A stretch of DNA of 64,000 nt from Vicugna vicugna (lineage: Eukaryota): positions 6,881,260 to 6,945,259 of the forward strand of contig MU058844.1 of NCBI GenBank assembly GCA_013265495.1, read 5' to 3'. The notes under the pieces are model-generated. The model searched no databases, was not told where the DNA came from, and saw only the letters and a program-made list of their open reading frames with translations. Shown one piece after another: positions 25,256 through 37,899 of this stretch; position 1 is the stretch's first letter, and each line of letters begins with the position of its first letter. The position numbers were made by a program, and so were the translations under genes.

Positions 25256-26454
25256 ATGAATGCTGTGAACCACTCCAATATGCTGCTTCTTGGATACAAT
25301 GAAAAGGCATCTATGTCTGGACATAAGGAAGAACATGAGACAAACACTCATCATTTTGGAAAATAGTACTCTAAGTAAGCGAGAACAAATACAACAAAAT
25401 AATATCCTTTTGTAGGAGGGAGACAATTTTCTTTTAACTTAACATTACTTTGCATGCACCAACACTATTATTTCTCGTATCCACCTACACTGTTCTGCTG
25501 CAGAAGAAAATAAATCCCACTATCTAGGGTGGAGATCTGTCTATATTATAGTTTCAAATTAATGGTGTATGTTAATGCAATTTCTTCAATGAGTGACTTT
25601 AATTCATTAGGCATGCAGAAATTTGGGGGAGAACAGTTTTTCAAGGAAAATAATTAGATTGGTTTCCAGTACCAATAAAAGGATCATATGCCAAAAATAC
25701 AAATTCCTTAGAGTAATATGGATATATCTTTAAGATCTATTCTATCATATCATATATATTAGATATCAGGCTTAAGGGTGAAAAACAGAAATGGAAAAGC
25801 TCTGATTTTATTAAAAAGGCAACGTCTATTTCATTAACAACATTCATTCACATTTCATTCATCTTTTAACATTCACGGTCTATTACAAGTATAAATCGGG
25901 AATTTTTTTCTTCTGATCTTGATTTGCAAACTCTCCATCATGGATAAACAAGGAGGAATAGTATGACCTGTAGAAAAGTTACTCCTAGAAAACTTGGTAT
26001 ATCCTAAGAATATGAGGTGGTGCGGCATACAGCTTGCAAGTGAAGGACTGCACTTTCAGTCGGTTTCCTTTATATTTCTGGCTATTCCACTGAAAACAGT
26101 GTGAGAAGTGGGACTCATAATTTCCTTTTCTGAAAATGATGAGTGCGTGAAGCACTTAAAGTCATTTATGTCACAAGCCTTCTAAATGATAATGGCTACT
26201 ATATAGTTACAGATTAGATATAGATATAAATTATTTTATAGTTTAAGCTATCTGAGGCTAGAGACAGTACAGAAAGCAAGGTGACATTTTCCTACATTGT
26301 AACCTGAGAACACAGACACTGAGTTGAGAAGAAGTAAGTGATTAGAGGCTATTATTTTGGTCAAAAGTCCCATTCCCCATTCCCTTAGATCAGATTTTTT
26401 TACTTTATGTGCTATACTTAAAAGAGCCATGGTATCTCATGAGTAATTTTAGAG

Positions 26455-26622
26455 CAGCACTGTCAAATAGAACTTTCTGTAATGATGGAAATCTTCTATA
26501 TCCTCAGATGTGCCTATTGAGAACTGGAAATGTGGCTTGTGTAACTAATAATCAAAATTTTATATTAATTTAAATTTAAATGGCTACCTGTGGCTAGTGG
26601 CTATGACATTGGATACTTTAGC
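26455..26622. mobile_element. hAT-Charlie MITE (MER3-like)
   Basis: CAGCACTGTCAAATAGAACTTTCTGTAATGATGGAAAT...GTGGCTAGTGGCTATGACATTGGA. Confidence 0.85.
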
Positions 26623-27027
26623 TTTGGAGGGCTTATTTGTGGGTTGAAAATACAAGTCAAAGCAAGGAAGATGGCAGAAAATCTGGGGAGTCCACTAACC
26701 TCAAATAAAATTCTATGTACTAAGTCTTATGTATATGAAAGCTGGTTTTAAGCAAAGAACAAATAACGTGTTAGAGCAACAAATAACCCCACAGACTTTG
26801 GTTACAGCTTCATGAAATCATAGAATGTAAGAGTTTTCAGGGATCCTGTATATCAAATGTCTCATTAAATATTTAAATATACATTAAATCTCAGACATTA
26901 GTTAACTCACCCAGGAAAAGAATTGTAAAGAGGTATCACTGACTTAATTAAAATTTAAATAAACAATAAGAACAACTAAATGTCAGCTGATAATTGTACA
27001 AAAGCATAAGCTACTTCACACAGTAGG

Positions 27028-27587
27028 TATAACAGAGAAGAATAAACCTGATTCCATATGGGATCTATTTCTTTTTTTTTTTAGCTTTGATTTTTGGGCT
27101 CTGTTGCCTGTGCTTAGTCATGCTGGCTCTATACCTTTGTGACAGAATGTTGCCTATAGCCTAAAATATATGTAACAGCCCATTCTCAAGTCTCTGCCTC
27201 TCAGATTTAACCTTTAAAAGTGCAACATTTTTCACCCATATAGAGACAAAAAGTTGCAGAACAGATGACATTTGTCTTGTTGGAGGTTTATAAGAACAGT
27301 TGTGACCAGACCTATGTGGACAGCTGCAAGAACAAAGGATTATCACACCTCCTGCAAGATCTGGCCAGCATCAAGAAGTTTGTAACAAGAAGCCACACCC
27401 CCTTCTCTTTTAATATAAAAGAAGCCCGAATTGTAACTCAGGGAAGATGAGACTTTGGGACACTAGTCTGCCATCTTCTTGGTCTGCTAGCTTTCCAAAT
27501 AAAGTCACTATTCCTTGCCCCAACACCTCATCTCTCAATTTACTGGCCCATCACACAGCAAGTAATATAAGCTTGGATTCGGTAACA
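27028..27587 (+). mobile_element. Solo ERV1-class LTR (tentatively MER41-like); same family as 63406-63930
   Basis: Starts TATAACAG (decayed TGTAACAG), ends GGTAACA; TATAAAA (~27414) and AATAAA (~27498); 4-bp TSD TAGG/TAAG; colinear with the copy at 63406. Confidence 0.85.
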
Positions 27588-27591
27588 TAAG

Positions 27592-28645
27592 CATTTTTAT
27601 CATACTGTCCTGTCTTACAGAAAACTCAGAGAGGTTAAGTAATGTTCCAAGGTGTGATATAATAAGAAATATGTATTTTGGTCTTTATTCCCAGCTCCTG
27701 ACTGGAGCTCCTAAGACTCCTGTAATTTCCTAAGTGATAAGAGCAGTAGAAGTATCTTTTGTTATAAACAGTTTTGTTCTTTGCTCTTAAAACAGCTCTG
27801 GAGCATTAAATTGAAATGAGTGTCTTCTGTTACTCATAAGAAGCCCCTTTCAACTGCATCTGAGTTTACATTAGTGAGGTGACTTCTGGAAAGCCCCTAC
27901 AGATCATTGCTGGGGGCCCAATCATGTCATTAGAGGGCTGGAACTTTTGAGTCTACCCCTGACCTCTAGGGAGGAAGAGGGAATGGAGGTTGAGTTAATA
28001 ACCAATCACCAAAGCTTTAATCAGTCATGACTATAAAATGAAGCCCCCCAAAAAATCCTAACCAAAGGGGTTCAGAGATCTTCCATGTTGATGAGCACGT
28101 CCATGCGCTGGGAGGGTGACACACTCTAACTCCCAGGGGACAGAGGTTCCTGTACTCAACCACCCTTTCGGACCTCATCTGATGTATCTTTTCATCTGTC
28201 TGTTCATTTTCAACCTTTAAAATAACATTTATAATACATCTGTAACAGTAAGGAAACTGTTCCCTGAGTTCTATGAAATGCTTTAGGAAATTATCAAACC
28301 TGAGGAGGGGTTTGGGGGAACTTCAGATTTTTCATCAAATTGGATAGAAGTTGTGGGTAACCTGGGGACCCACTCTTTGCAATTGGGAGGGGAGCGTAGT
28401 ATTGTGGGACTAAGCCCTCAGCCTGTGGGGTCTGTTCTAACTCTGGGCTGTTAGTAGCACAGTTGAGTTAAATTGTAGGACACCTAGTTAGTGTCCCCTG
28501 AAAACTGAAAAACTGCTTTGTGTGGAAAAATCCACACATCTAGTGTCAGAAGTGTTGTGAGTAGAGGGAGCAGTGGGTTTACTTTTACAAGGTTACAGAG
28601 GTGATAAATGAAGGAACTCAAGCAAACACCAGCTTGACTCCAAAA
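27592..28645 (-). mobile_element. MIR SINE split by an LTR insertion
   Basis: AAACTCAGAGAGGTTAAGTAATGTTCCAAGG (to 27652) resumes as TTACAGAGGTGATAAATG...TGACTCCAAA after 28592. Confidence 0.7.
27653..28589 (+). mobile_element. Solo LTR (MER21-like, ~935 bp)
   Basis: Starts TGTGATATAATAAGAAATATGTATTTTGGTC, ends GTGTCAGAAGTGTTGTGAGTAGAG...TTTTACA; CAAGG present at both junctions (TSD). Confidence 0.85.
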
Positions 28646-29053
28646 TACAGGTTTATTTTTTTTTTTCTCTCTATACCATCTGCTTCCCTGGACACTAAAT
28701 TCCATAAGGCCAGGGACAGAACACTTGGGTTCAACAGAAGTCTACCCTTTGGAACTGTGGGCCGTGTTAGGTGGTTCACCAGAGATAGATGAAGAACCCA
28801 TCCACAAGAAGAACTCAGAGAGTTGCAGCACTAAGGAGGACAGAAGTAAATGCTGAATCCTGCCTTCTAGCACTGAGGGAAAGAACATCAATTACATTTA
28901 ATTGAGTAGCTAAGTTATATTAGCTTTTTAGAAATGTCCCTATATTGAATAAAAACTGATCATTTCCCAGGTGATCTAGAGGTATTAATATTCTGGGATG
29001 CAGTATTCCCAAAGTGACAAATCCATTTCTGCTTTAGTTATAAGAATGTCTAG

Positions 29054-29259
29054 CAGTGATGTGCTGGACTTGTCATTTAGTGACCTGCAAGACATGACTG
29101 TTTAATTCCAGGAATTTTGCAAGTCAGTTGACCCATATTGGTAGCTTGAAATTGGCAATGATGGAAGCATTTACAACATGGAAAACAACATATTTTACAA
29201 GACAACCAGTTTCCCCAACCTTTGAAAACCAGTTGTTAATATTTACCGGCATACCACTG
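29054..29259 (+). mobile_element. hAT-Blackjack MITE (MER63-like)
   Basis: TIRs CAGTGATGTGCTGG / CCGGCATACCACTG (11/14); internal TTGGTAGCTTGAAATTGGC. Confidence 0.85.
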
Positions 29260-29269
29260 TCCTGGAGAG

Positions 29270-29640
29270 TCTATGATTGCTAAGAGTTTATTCATGCATC
29301 TGAGGTTAGCTATGGATCAGCTAGACTGGTTCTTTTTCAAGGGATTAACTAGTTGTTATCAGAGACAAGAACAACTGGGCTGCATGTTTCTCATCATCTG
29401 GACTCCTATCTGGGATTGTTTGCATGGAGATTCAGGGTACCAGGTGAGCAAGAGGGCAAGCCCTGATATGCAAGCACTTTTGAAGTGTGACATATTACTG
29501 TCACATTGGCTAAAGCATGTCACATGGCCAAGCGCAGATTCAGCATAGGAGAATTTAAAGGAATATTCTTGTATTCAAACTATGTGGATAAAGGAAGGTG
29601 AGAACAAATTAGGTCCATTGGCATAGTTAATCCATCTAGT
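29270..29640 (-). mobile_element. MaLR LTR fragment (MLT1J-like)
   Basis: CACATTGGCTAAAGCATGTCACATGGCCAAGC antisense MLT1 core. Confidence 0.6.
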
Positions 29641-29649
29641 CAATCTTTT

Positions 29650-30460
29650 ATTTACTCAGGCAAAATCTTAGGGCCACCCTGGGTACCTCTTTGTCTCATA
29701 CCCCACATCTCATACAGAAGGAAATCCTAAAGGTTTTACCTTTAAAATATAGCCAGAACCCAACCATTTCCTTACCACCAGCACTGTTTCCCCATGGTGT
29801 GAACCATTGTCATCCCTCATCTATTTTGTTACAGGCTCATAACTAGTCTTCCTTCTCTCACCCAACCACAAGTCAGTTTGTTCTCAACTTTGCAGCCAGA
29901 TTGATCCTTTACAACATGAAAAAGATCATGACACTCCTCAAAGATCTCCAATGATTTCCTACTCAGGAAAAAAAAAAAAGAATATGTGTAAAGGTCCACA
30001 TTCTTTACAAGTTTTGGTATTCTGATACCTTTTCCGTCTCATCTCTCACCACATCCCTTCTGTCTGCCTCAGCTCTAGCTACACTAGTCTCCTTGCTGTT
30101 CATCAAACTCACTTGGCACATTCACATTCAGAGACCTGATATTCTTTCTCCTTGTAATACCCTTGCAACCAGACCTCCACATTGTTCTCCATCATTCCTT
30201 CTAAATCTTTCCAGTGAGACCTTTTTTCATTATTCTATTGAAAACTGCAGCCCCTAACTTTAATTGTTCTCATATAAATGATCACATCTAATTGCTATAC
30301 ATTTAATTTATTTATTGTCTCTTTCCCATCATTAGAATATGAGCTCTATGATTTCAGGAATTGTTGGTTGTTCACTATACTATCCTAAACATCTACTGTA
30401 TTTTAGGCACATAGTAGTAACTTGACAAATGAACATTTGAATACCCATTGAATGAATGAA
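29650..30460 (+). mobile_element. LINE-2 (L2a-like) 3' end
   Basis: TTAGAATATGAGCTCTATGA...GGCACATAGTAG...TTGAATGAATGAA tail. Confidence 0.85.
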
Positions 30461-30527
30461 GTACTACCAAATGGCTAAAACTGCCCTAAATTCAGGGCAT
30501 TTAGTAGTGACTGTCACACTAAAGTTT

Positions 30528-30973
30528 TGTGTATATTGTACTATTGTTCCTAATTATTTGATGCCTTCTCTCTAAGAAGAATATAACCCCTGCTCATTGT
30601 CATATGATTTGCTGTGTACATCCAAGTGGGGAGATACAATTTTTTACTTAAGTGACATCAAAGTTGCCCACGCTATTAGCTATGACCAATGGCATGTAAA
30701 CAAAAGTGATGGTAGTCATTTGCCAAGAAGAGATTTTAAGAACCAAGTAATTTTCTACCATTATGTTTTTCCTCTGTGCCAAGAAGCTATGTCTCAGATA
30801 GTGGCTGCATCTTCAGTTTGGATTCCAGAATGAATATATGTGGAGTAGAGACTCAGCTGACACCTCGCTGGCATTAAGTGTGAACAAACACAAACCTTTG
30901 TGTTTTCAAAGTCAGTTGAAACTATGGGATTATTTGTTATAATAAAATGGCTCAGGGAAAGCTGACTAATATA
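30528..30973 (+). mobile_element. MaLR solo LTR (MLT1H/I-like)
   Basis: TATGACCAATGGCATGTAA core and TTTGTTATAAT...GCTGACTAATATA end. Confidence 0.65.
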
Positions 30974-31883
30974 CTTTCTGACCTCATAAAGCTTACAGAC
31001 ACAAAAGGAAAGCCATCAAACCTACTGGAATATTCCTTATATTCTACTTAATTAAGTTTAAATCATAAGGGAATCGACTGGACATGGAAACTAAACACAC
31101 TGCAAAGAAAACAAAATTTAGGTGTCTCTGAAGAATGCTGGGCATCTTGCCCATTATTTCTTATGATATATCTTCATTCTGGCCAAACTCACACTTTCTC
31201 ACATCTGTTTATTTGGTGTCTTTCTGTTCTTCAGAGACACTCCACGCAGAAGCAAGTTACTGCGATGAGGAGAAAGATGTAAATTTGACCAAGTTGTTAC
31301 AGTTTAATGTGGTTCAGGATTCCTATTACATTAAGTCATTTAAGGCCTTTAAAATACTCTCTTATTTTATAGATTTGGATTTATGTAGCTTATTGTGGAA
31401 AAACAATTCAGCATTTCAAATATGAAAGAGTCACGGTTTGAGCCTAACAACCCAACTGAATTTCTGTAAATAGAGGCCCACAATGATTCCAGTGTGTAAG
31501 CAAGTACAGGGGATAAAACAGCAGGAGGGAATGCTTACAACTTCCAGCTAGAAAGTTTTCTACAAGCTTATACCTCGAAGTCCATCCTCAGAGGCCAATA
31601 CACAACAGACTTCAACAACATGCTTCTTTGTTCTTTCTTTGCCTGTGTGTGCCAAGTTTTACATTTAAACCAAAAGCAATGAGTAACATGTTGTGGCAAA
31701 AAAAAGGCTTGATATTCATAAAGTTACCTCACTTCTCAGGTAATTTCTTATCATGTTATTATGTTCAAATAAAACAGAAGTCTAACTGTGTCCCTGGATA
31801 TGAGCAAGGGAATAAAAATTTAGTTAAAACCCACAGATAGGAATAAATGCATGGTGCTGAAGAGTTAGAAAATTCAGTTTCAG

Positions 31884-32097
31884 GATTGAAGGGTACACAT
31901 CACTATATGTGAAGTGGATAAACAGCAAGGACCTCCTGTATAGCACAGGGGATTATATTCAATCTCTTGTAGTGAGCCGTAATAGAAAAGAACCTGAAAA
32001 AAAATGTATATGTATGACTGACTCGCTTTGCTGTACACCTGAAACTAATGTTGTAAATCAACTGCACTTCAATAAAAAATGAGAATAATTTTTAAAA
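31884..32097 (+). mobile_element. 5'-truncated LINE-1 3'UTR
   Basis: GATAAACAGCAAGGACCTCCTGTATAGCACAGGG...TCAACTGCACTTCAATAAAAA; 17-bp TSD AGAA(A/C)ATT(C/T)AGTTTCAG at 31867-31883 and 32098-32114. Confidence 0.9.
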
Positions 32098-32703
32098 AGA
32101 ACATTTAGTTTCAGATGGAAACCTAAAGGAAGAGGAGATTGATGGTGTCATGCATTTTACCACACAGCAGTGATATTACTCAGCTTGATTTTTAAAATCT
32201 TCTGTAAACATGTATTTCCAGGTAAAGACTTTCAAGGAAAAATATTATCTGAGATCAATATTTGTGTTTGTTTGTTTTCTTCAAACATAAAATACCTCAT
32301 ATATTTCACATTCACATAGTAATTATACACTTAAATTTCATCAGTATTTATTACTTATAGAATTTTGTGTAATATTTGAAACTTTTAGAGAATGTATGTA
32401 ACATATATGTGAATTATGAAGTAGAATAAGATGAATTTCTGAGGACTGACCACCTAACACGAGGTAGTTGTTTCCAAAATAATGCTGTCCTTACCATCTT
32501 GCTCCTTTCTTAACTCATCCATCTGTTGCCCCCAGAGGTAAGCACATTCCTGGATTTTGGTTTACTATTCCTGATCACCAACTCTTTGCTAAACATCTAT
32601 CATTTATCCCCAAATGTTGGAAGCCCCACCATATCTGAGCAAATGGCATGTGAATAATCTCTATATTAAGACCTCATCTTTTCCATCTTGTGCCCTACTC
32701 TAA

Positions 32704-33060
32704 TGTGTCTTGGTCCATTTGGGCTGCTCTGACAAATTACTACAGACTAGGTAGTTTAAACAACAGAAATGTATTCCTCATAGTTCTTGGGGCTAGTAAG
32801 TCAAAAATCAGGGTGCCAGCATGGCCACATTCCAATGGAGGTTTCTTTCCTAGCTCACCGAAAGCTGCGTCCTCCACGTGGCAGAGAAAGACAAGCTCTT
32901 TCTTGTCTCTTCTTATAAGGGCTCTAATTCCATCATGAGGCACCACCCTCATGACTTAAATATCACCCAAACGCCCCATCTCCAAATAACATCACATTGA
33001 GGTTTAGGATTTCAACATATGAATTTTGGGAGGAGACAAAAAAATATTCATTCCATAACA
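32704..33060 (-). mobile_element. MaLR solo LTR (MLT1A/A0-like)
   Basis: Minus strand starts TGTTATGGAATGAAT...CCCAAAATTCATATGTTGAAATCCTA and ends CCCAAATGGACCAAGACACA. Confidence 0.9.
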
Positions 33061-33319
33061 GCACCTGAATTCACAAATTATAATTATAATAATATAACTG
33101 TGCAATCATAATAATATTCAGATTGAACCAGACTCTTGATCTTTTCTAATCTTCACAACTATATGAATCAGACTAAAAATGCATAATTTTATTCCCAATC
33201 TAGAATTAGTAGTATTGATTATCAAAAAGGATAAGTGATCTTTTCAAAGTTATGTTGATAGGGGCATAGCCATTTCCAGTGCCCAAGGTACCTGTCTATT
33301 ACTTCACAACGAAGAGTTA

Positions 33320-33490
33320 ATGAGTCCCTATTATGTACCAAGAATTATCGGTAGCTTTCACCAACAAAGCTGTAAATTATGAAACTGGGACTCAGAGTGG
33401 TTTAGCAATTCATCCACGATCACACAGCAGGAAAGTGGCAATGCAATATTTATGGCAACATCTGTCTGACTACAAAACACCTTCTCTTAA
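33320..33490 (-). mobile_element. MIR SINE
   Basis: GAAACTGGGACTCAGAGTGGTTTAGCAATTCATCCACGATCACACAGC. Confidence 0.75.
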
Positions 33491-35207
33491 CTATTTAATT
33501 TTGTGACTCTCAAACCACATACTCAAGCCATTTCTTTGTGTTATCTGCTAAACATGGATGTGACGGGATTTCAGCGAAAGAGGGCTCAATATTGTTTAAT
33601 GTAATAGGAAAAGTTTTTTTAAGAAGAAAGTATAAAATTGAAAGAAGCTAAAAAAAAAAGAAAAAAACAGAACCATAAGTGAAGTAAAAAGATGAAAAGC
33701 AGCGCTATTAAGAACACAGAATGTGTAAATCACAAGGGTGATTAACATGTAGCTTAGTTATTGTCTTTACCATTCAAGATCTATGACCCCAGTTATGAAG
33801 GTATATAAATTGTGAATAATTGTTTATTACTGCCTAGTTCTGTGTATGTATCAGGAATCAGATCTTCATTTAGAGAATCTATGCAGTACTGTAAATGCAT
33901 GTCACAACTCAACTTCAGCTGTTGAGTTCCCCCTGTTCTCACAGCCCTTAATTTCATAGGGCTAAACCCTAGAGTTTTCTAGCCATTTGTGCTTGAACAA
34001 AGTCACTGTAAATGTCTTCTTTAGGATACAGACAATGGAATAATGGGGTATTCTTTAAGCCCATTTCTTCTTCAGTCAGTTTCCGTAAAATAACCTGGTC
34101 AGAACATCTTATAGTGGTGGTGTTCTATTCACTATCCAAGGATGCGATGTTGAGCTGGCTGGCAGTTTTGAGTGATAAAGCTGTCTATTAATTAAAGTTT
34201 TGTAAGTTATAGCAGTAGGAGGATAATATTGTAAGCCAAGGTAATAATAGCAGAAACAGAGAGGCAAAGAAGTGTGGGGAAGAATATTGTGGAGGATAAA
34301 AAGTGGTATAAAGGGAGATTTAAAATGATCTGGTAATTATTCTGAAAGACAGAATAAAGGAATAACTCATTACTTATAAGGAGGAGTGTGAAATAACTCA
34401 ATCTCTGTGTTAGGAAAAACATTTGTCCCACAATGATGAATTTTACACAGAAATGGGAAGTTAAAAGCACAAATTCTCTTTGCAATTAAAAAAAATTATT
34501 AATCAATCAATATTTAGCAAGTACCTAGTATATATCAGGTACTTCTATGTTATAGTGGAAAAGGTAGATATGATTCTAGCCCCTGAAAAGCCCATAGTAC
34601 AACTGGAAAAAAAGGAATTAAACAAATAAGTTGAAGTGGTGTTATAAAACAGGTTAAAATTATATGTAAATGTAAGACAAAGTGATATTTTCTCACTGGA
34701 AACTCATGAAACAACCTCAGTATTTGGTGTCTCACAATTCACTGCAGTCATGCTTTTTAGAACTTCTGACAAAATCATTAGTTATGTTCTTATTCCAAAT
34801 ATTAATTCTCTCATTTTATCAAACTTTTGCAAGAGTTGATTATCAAATCTATAAAACAAATAATATTTATAATAGTCCCATTTATAAAAATCATGCTTAA
34901 ACTCAATATTAAAGCATTTAGAAATCTCAGACAGAAAATTAATGGGAGTAAGATAACATGGAAAATGGAGAAATACTGTCTGATGGGGCAGGACAAAATA
35001 TTTGGAATGAAAGCAGACACAGAGAAAAAACATGGAAGCTTTTAAGCTTCCTTCTCTTACTTTTATGGAGGAGAAACTTTAAGGTGTGTTGGGGGAACAT
35101 GGAACATTGTACAAGAACACATGGATGACTGATGTCAATGTGTGGGCGTATTATTTCTGTGCACTCCAGAAATTCTCTGCATTTTTCTGCATATAATACT
35201 TAACATG

Positions 35208-35247
35208 GTATTATATATTATATTATATTATATTATATTATATTATA
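35208..35247 (+). repeat. (ATATT)n pentanucleotide microsatellite
   Basis: TATTATATTATATTATATTATATT read directly. Confidence 0.9.
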
Positions 35248-36049
35248 TGTTTATCAGTTACCGCTTAAATTATTGGATTGTGAAATCAAAAGCCAAGTTA
35301 AACATATGTGCAATTTTAAAAACCACATTCATAAAAACATATCCAAGTCTGAGAGAGTTGGAGACAAAAACAGGATTTCTTTCAGTCTTTGTGGTTATGA
35401 AGCACAGAAACTCAACTTTCAAAGAAAAAATCTGATGTCCTTATGAAAAGGGCATGAGTTGTCAAAGGATTTTTCCAGTGCTTTAATAATCATAATGCTC
35501 ATTGATAAAACCTTTTTGACCTAGTAATTAATCTGTGTATCGGCTAGGAAAGGTTCACCATCAATTTTAAATCCAACTGATTTTTCAAAAGCTTAGAGAA
35601 TTGTTCCTTCAATAAATTTTTACTGATATGTTAACTAGGTAATGATTGATATACCATTAAGATGCTCAGAATTATCTCAAGGGAGGTGAGAGAAAAATAT
35701 TAATAATTCATAAAATAATTTATATTTATTCTGACATAATCTTCTATGTTCATGAGATGGTCAGATAGTGTTTATTGTTGCTTGTATTTAACCTTTTGCC
35801 TGTCCAAATATAGCCAACACACTTAGACATGATTTCACACCTGGGACACTGAAAGACATTAGATAGCTGTTTGAGTAATTTGGGAAATCTTCCATAGTTT
35901 CAGCTGGAAAAGTTATCTATGTTCTTAGAGTAGATTCTGTTGCCAGACACACTTGAGATTTCAACTTAGGGAAAAAAAAGTATTAGCAGAATTAAGTAAA
36001 GTAGGGAGAATGATATCCATGAACATGAGTCAAGAATTCATTTCTGGAG

Positions 36050-36230
36050 GTTTTTTTTAAAATAAATTTTATTTATCTATTATTGTATTATTTTATTTTT
36101 AGTTTTTGTCAGGGGGAGGTAATTACGGTTTTTTTTAATTATTTATTTTTTAGAGGAGGTACTGGGGATTGAACCCAGGATCTTATGCATGCTAACCATA
36201 CGCTCTATCACTTGAACTATACCCTCCCCC
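36050..36230 (-). mobile_element. Camelid tRNA-derived SINE (Vic-1-like, long form)
   Basis: Minus strand GGGGGAGGGTATAGTTCAAGTGATAGAGCG...CCTGGGTTCAATCCCCAGTACCTCC, then TAATTACCTCCCCC and an A-rich tail; TSD TCATTTCT(G/A)GAG at 36038-36049 / 36231-36242. Confidence 0.92.
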
Positions 36231-36310
36231 TCATTTCTAGAGTTTTAAAAATCAAAGATTTTGAAAAAGGATGCAATAAGAAAGTAGACTTTTTTTTACA
36301 GTGCTCTTAC

Positions 36311-36466
36311 CTTTTCAATTTTTTTCTATTGAAGTATAGACATAGTAAACAATCTTAGGGTTAATAAGGGGGGAAGGGGTGAGAAGGGATAAACTGGGAG
36401 TTTGAGGTTTGCAAATATTAACTAATATATGTAAAATAGATGAACAATAAATTTCTTTTGTATAGA
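36311..36466 (-). mobile_element. Minute 5'-inverted (twin-primed) LINE-1 3'UTR insertion
   Basis: Antisense poly-A and L1 terminus (36311-36339) joined to a sense L1 3'UTR piece (36340-36466); TSD ACAGTGCTCTTAC at 36298-36310 / 36467-36479. Confidence 0.85.
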
Positions 36467-37569
36467 ACAGTGCTCTTACTTTTGTGCCTAAGTGACTTTA
36501 TTTAAACTTTTTCTTCTTTATGATCATTCTTTTTTCTCCCTTTAATTTACAAATTGGAGTATAACTGCCTTCGGTGTTACTGTGTTATATACATTTGTTA
36601 TCACTACTGGAGAGGTAGGTCTGATAGTCCCATTTCACAAATATGAAAACAGAATTTTCAGTAACTTATCAAAGTCAGAGAGCAAGTTGCAGAACCAGGA
36701 CCAACTCATATGCTTCCCTCACCACACCCCTCAGAATTATTTTCCAGCCACAAGTTTTTACTTATTCTGTCAGTTATCTTATTTTTGCAGTTAGTATAAA
36801 GATTGACCTTTGGGGTTTGAATTCCTGTCACGAACTCTTAGTACACAAAGTGGCCTCTTCCCAGCTTCCTCCTATGTCCCATCTTTATCTTGTACACTCG
36901 ATAACTATATTCTCTCATGGAGACAAACTTTCACTCACATGGTCCCAGGGGCAGGTTCCTTATGTTATGTTATTTTATTATAAAAAAATCATATTTGATA
37001 TTTCTTAGAACATGAGATTTAGTATTTCTTTACTCTGTTACTTTTGGAAGTGATAAAATTTGAATATGGAATATATTTTAATTAATGGGTAATCTGAAAC
37101 ATACAATGAACTTTGATATATGTATAAGATAAATACAAATATCAACAACTCTATGGTTTGTGTTTTACCTTCAAATCTTTGGAGAAAAAAATAACATATC
37201 TAATAAACATAATTTAATGTCCTTCAGTTAGAGAAATAGATCTTGTTGAGTTTCATTGCATATTTTTTCCTATTTATATGACCAAGATGATAAGAGTAAG
37301 AGGATAAAAATATGATCACGTAAGATTTCATCCATGCTTTTTTAGTTATGTGATTTACAGTGAACATGAATGCAGAAGTGTGTGTGTGTGTGAGACATAT
37401 TATTAATCTGGAAGCTATAAAAAATGGTTCTGTCACTTCCTTTTGAGAAGGTCTGTCCAGATGCTTCACATGGAATTCTACCCCTAATGTCAGGGTTCGA
37501 ACAAGCAAGTGGGAGACTCAAGTCTGACCAAATGAAATAGAACATTCTGTAGCACACAGTGATGGCTAA

Positions 37570-37899
37570 GTGATGAGTACGCTCACACAGACAAAGCCAT
37601 TGAGATACAATGTGATGCTTCCTGGGGCCACTGAAAGAGAGGCAAAGACTCTTCTCTATTGGACTTAAACGTGAAAGGCCAGGAGGCTGAGAACAAAGCC
37701 AGTATAGTGTATTTCGAGCCAAGACATGTAGAGAAAATAAGTCCTGTTGACAACATTTGAGGCTTTGGATCAAGCTGTACCTGAAAATTTACAGATGGAC
37801 ATTTCAGTTACATGAGGCAATAAAAATTTTTGTGTTGTTGTTTAAGCCAGTTTGAATTGCATTTCCTGTCATCTGCAAGAAATAATATTAACCAATACA
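37570..37899 (+). mobile_element. MaLR LTR fragment (MLT1K-like)
   Basis: TGGATCAAGCTGTACCTGAA...TTCAGTTACATGAGGCAATAAA...TTAAGCCAGTTTGA...AACCAATACA. Confidence 0.7.

Noticed and set aside
33907..33929. AACTCAAC/GTTGAGTT hairpin as a miRNA or terminator
   Set aside because: An 8-bp stem is too short and is expected by chance.
36150..36230. tRNA gene (also 17835-17905)
   Set aside because: The tRNA-like A/B boxes come with A-rich tails and TSDs, so these are SINEs rather than tRNA genes.
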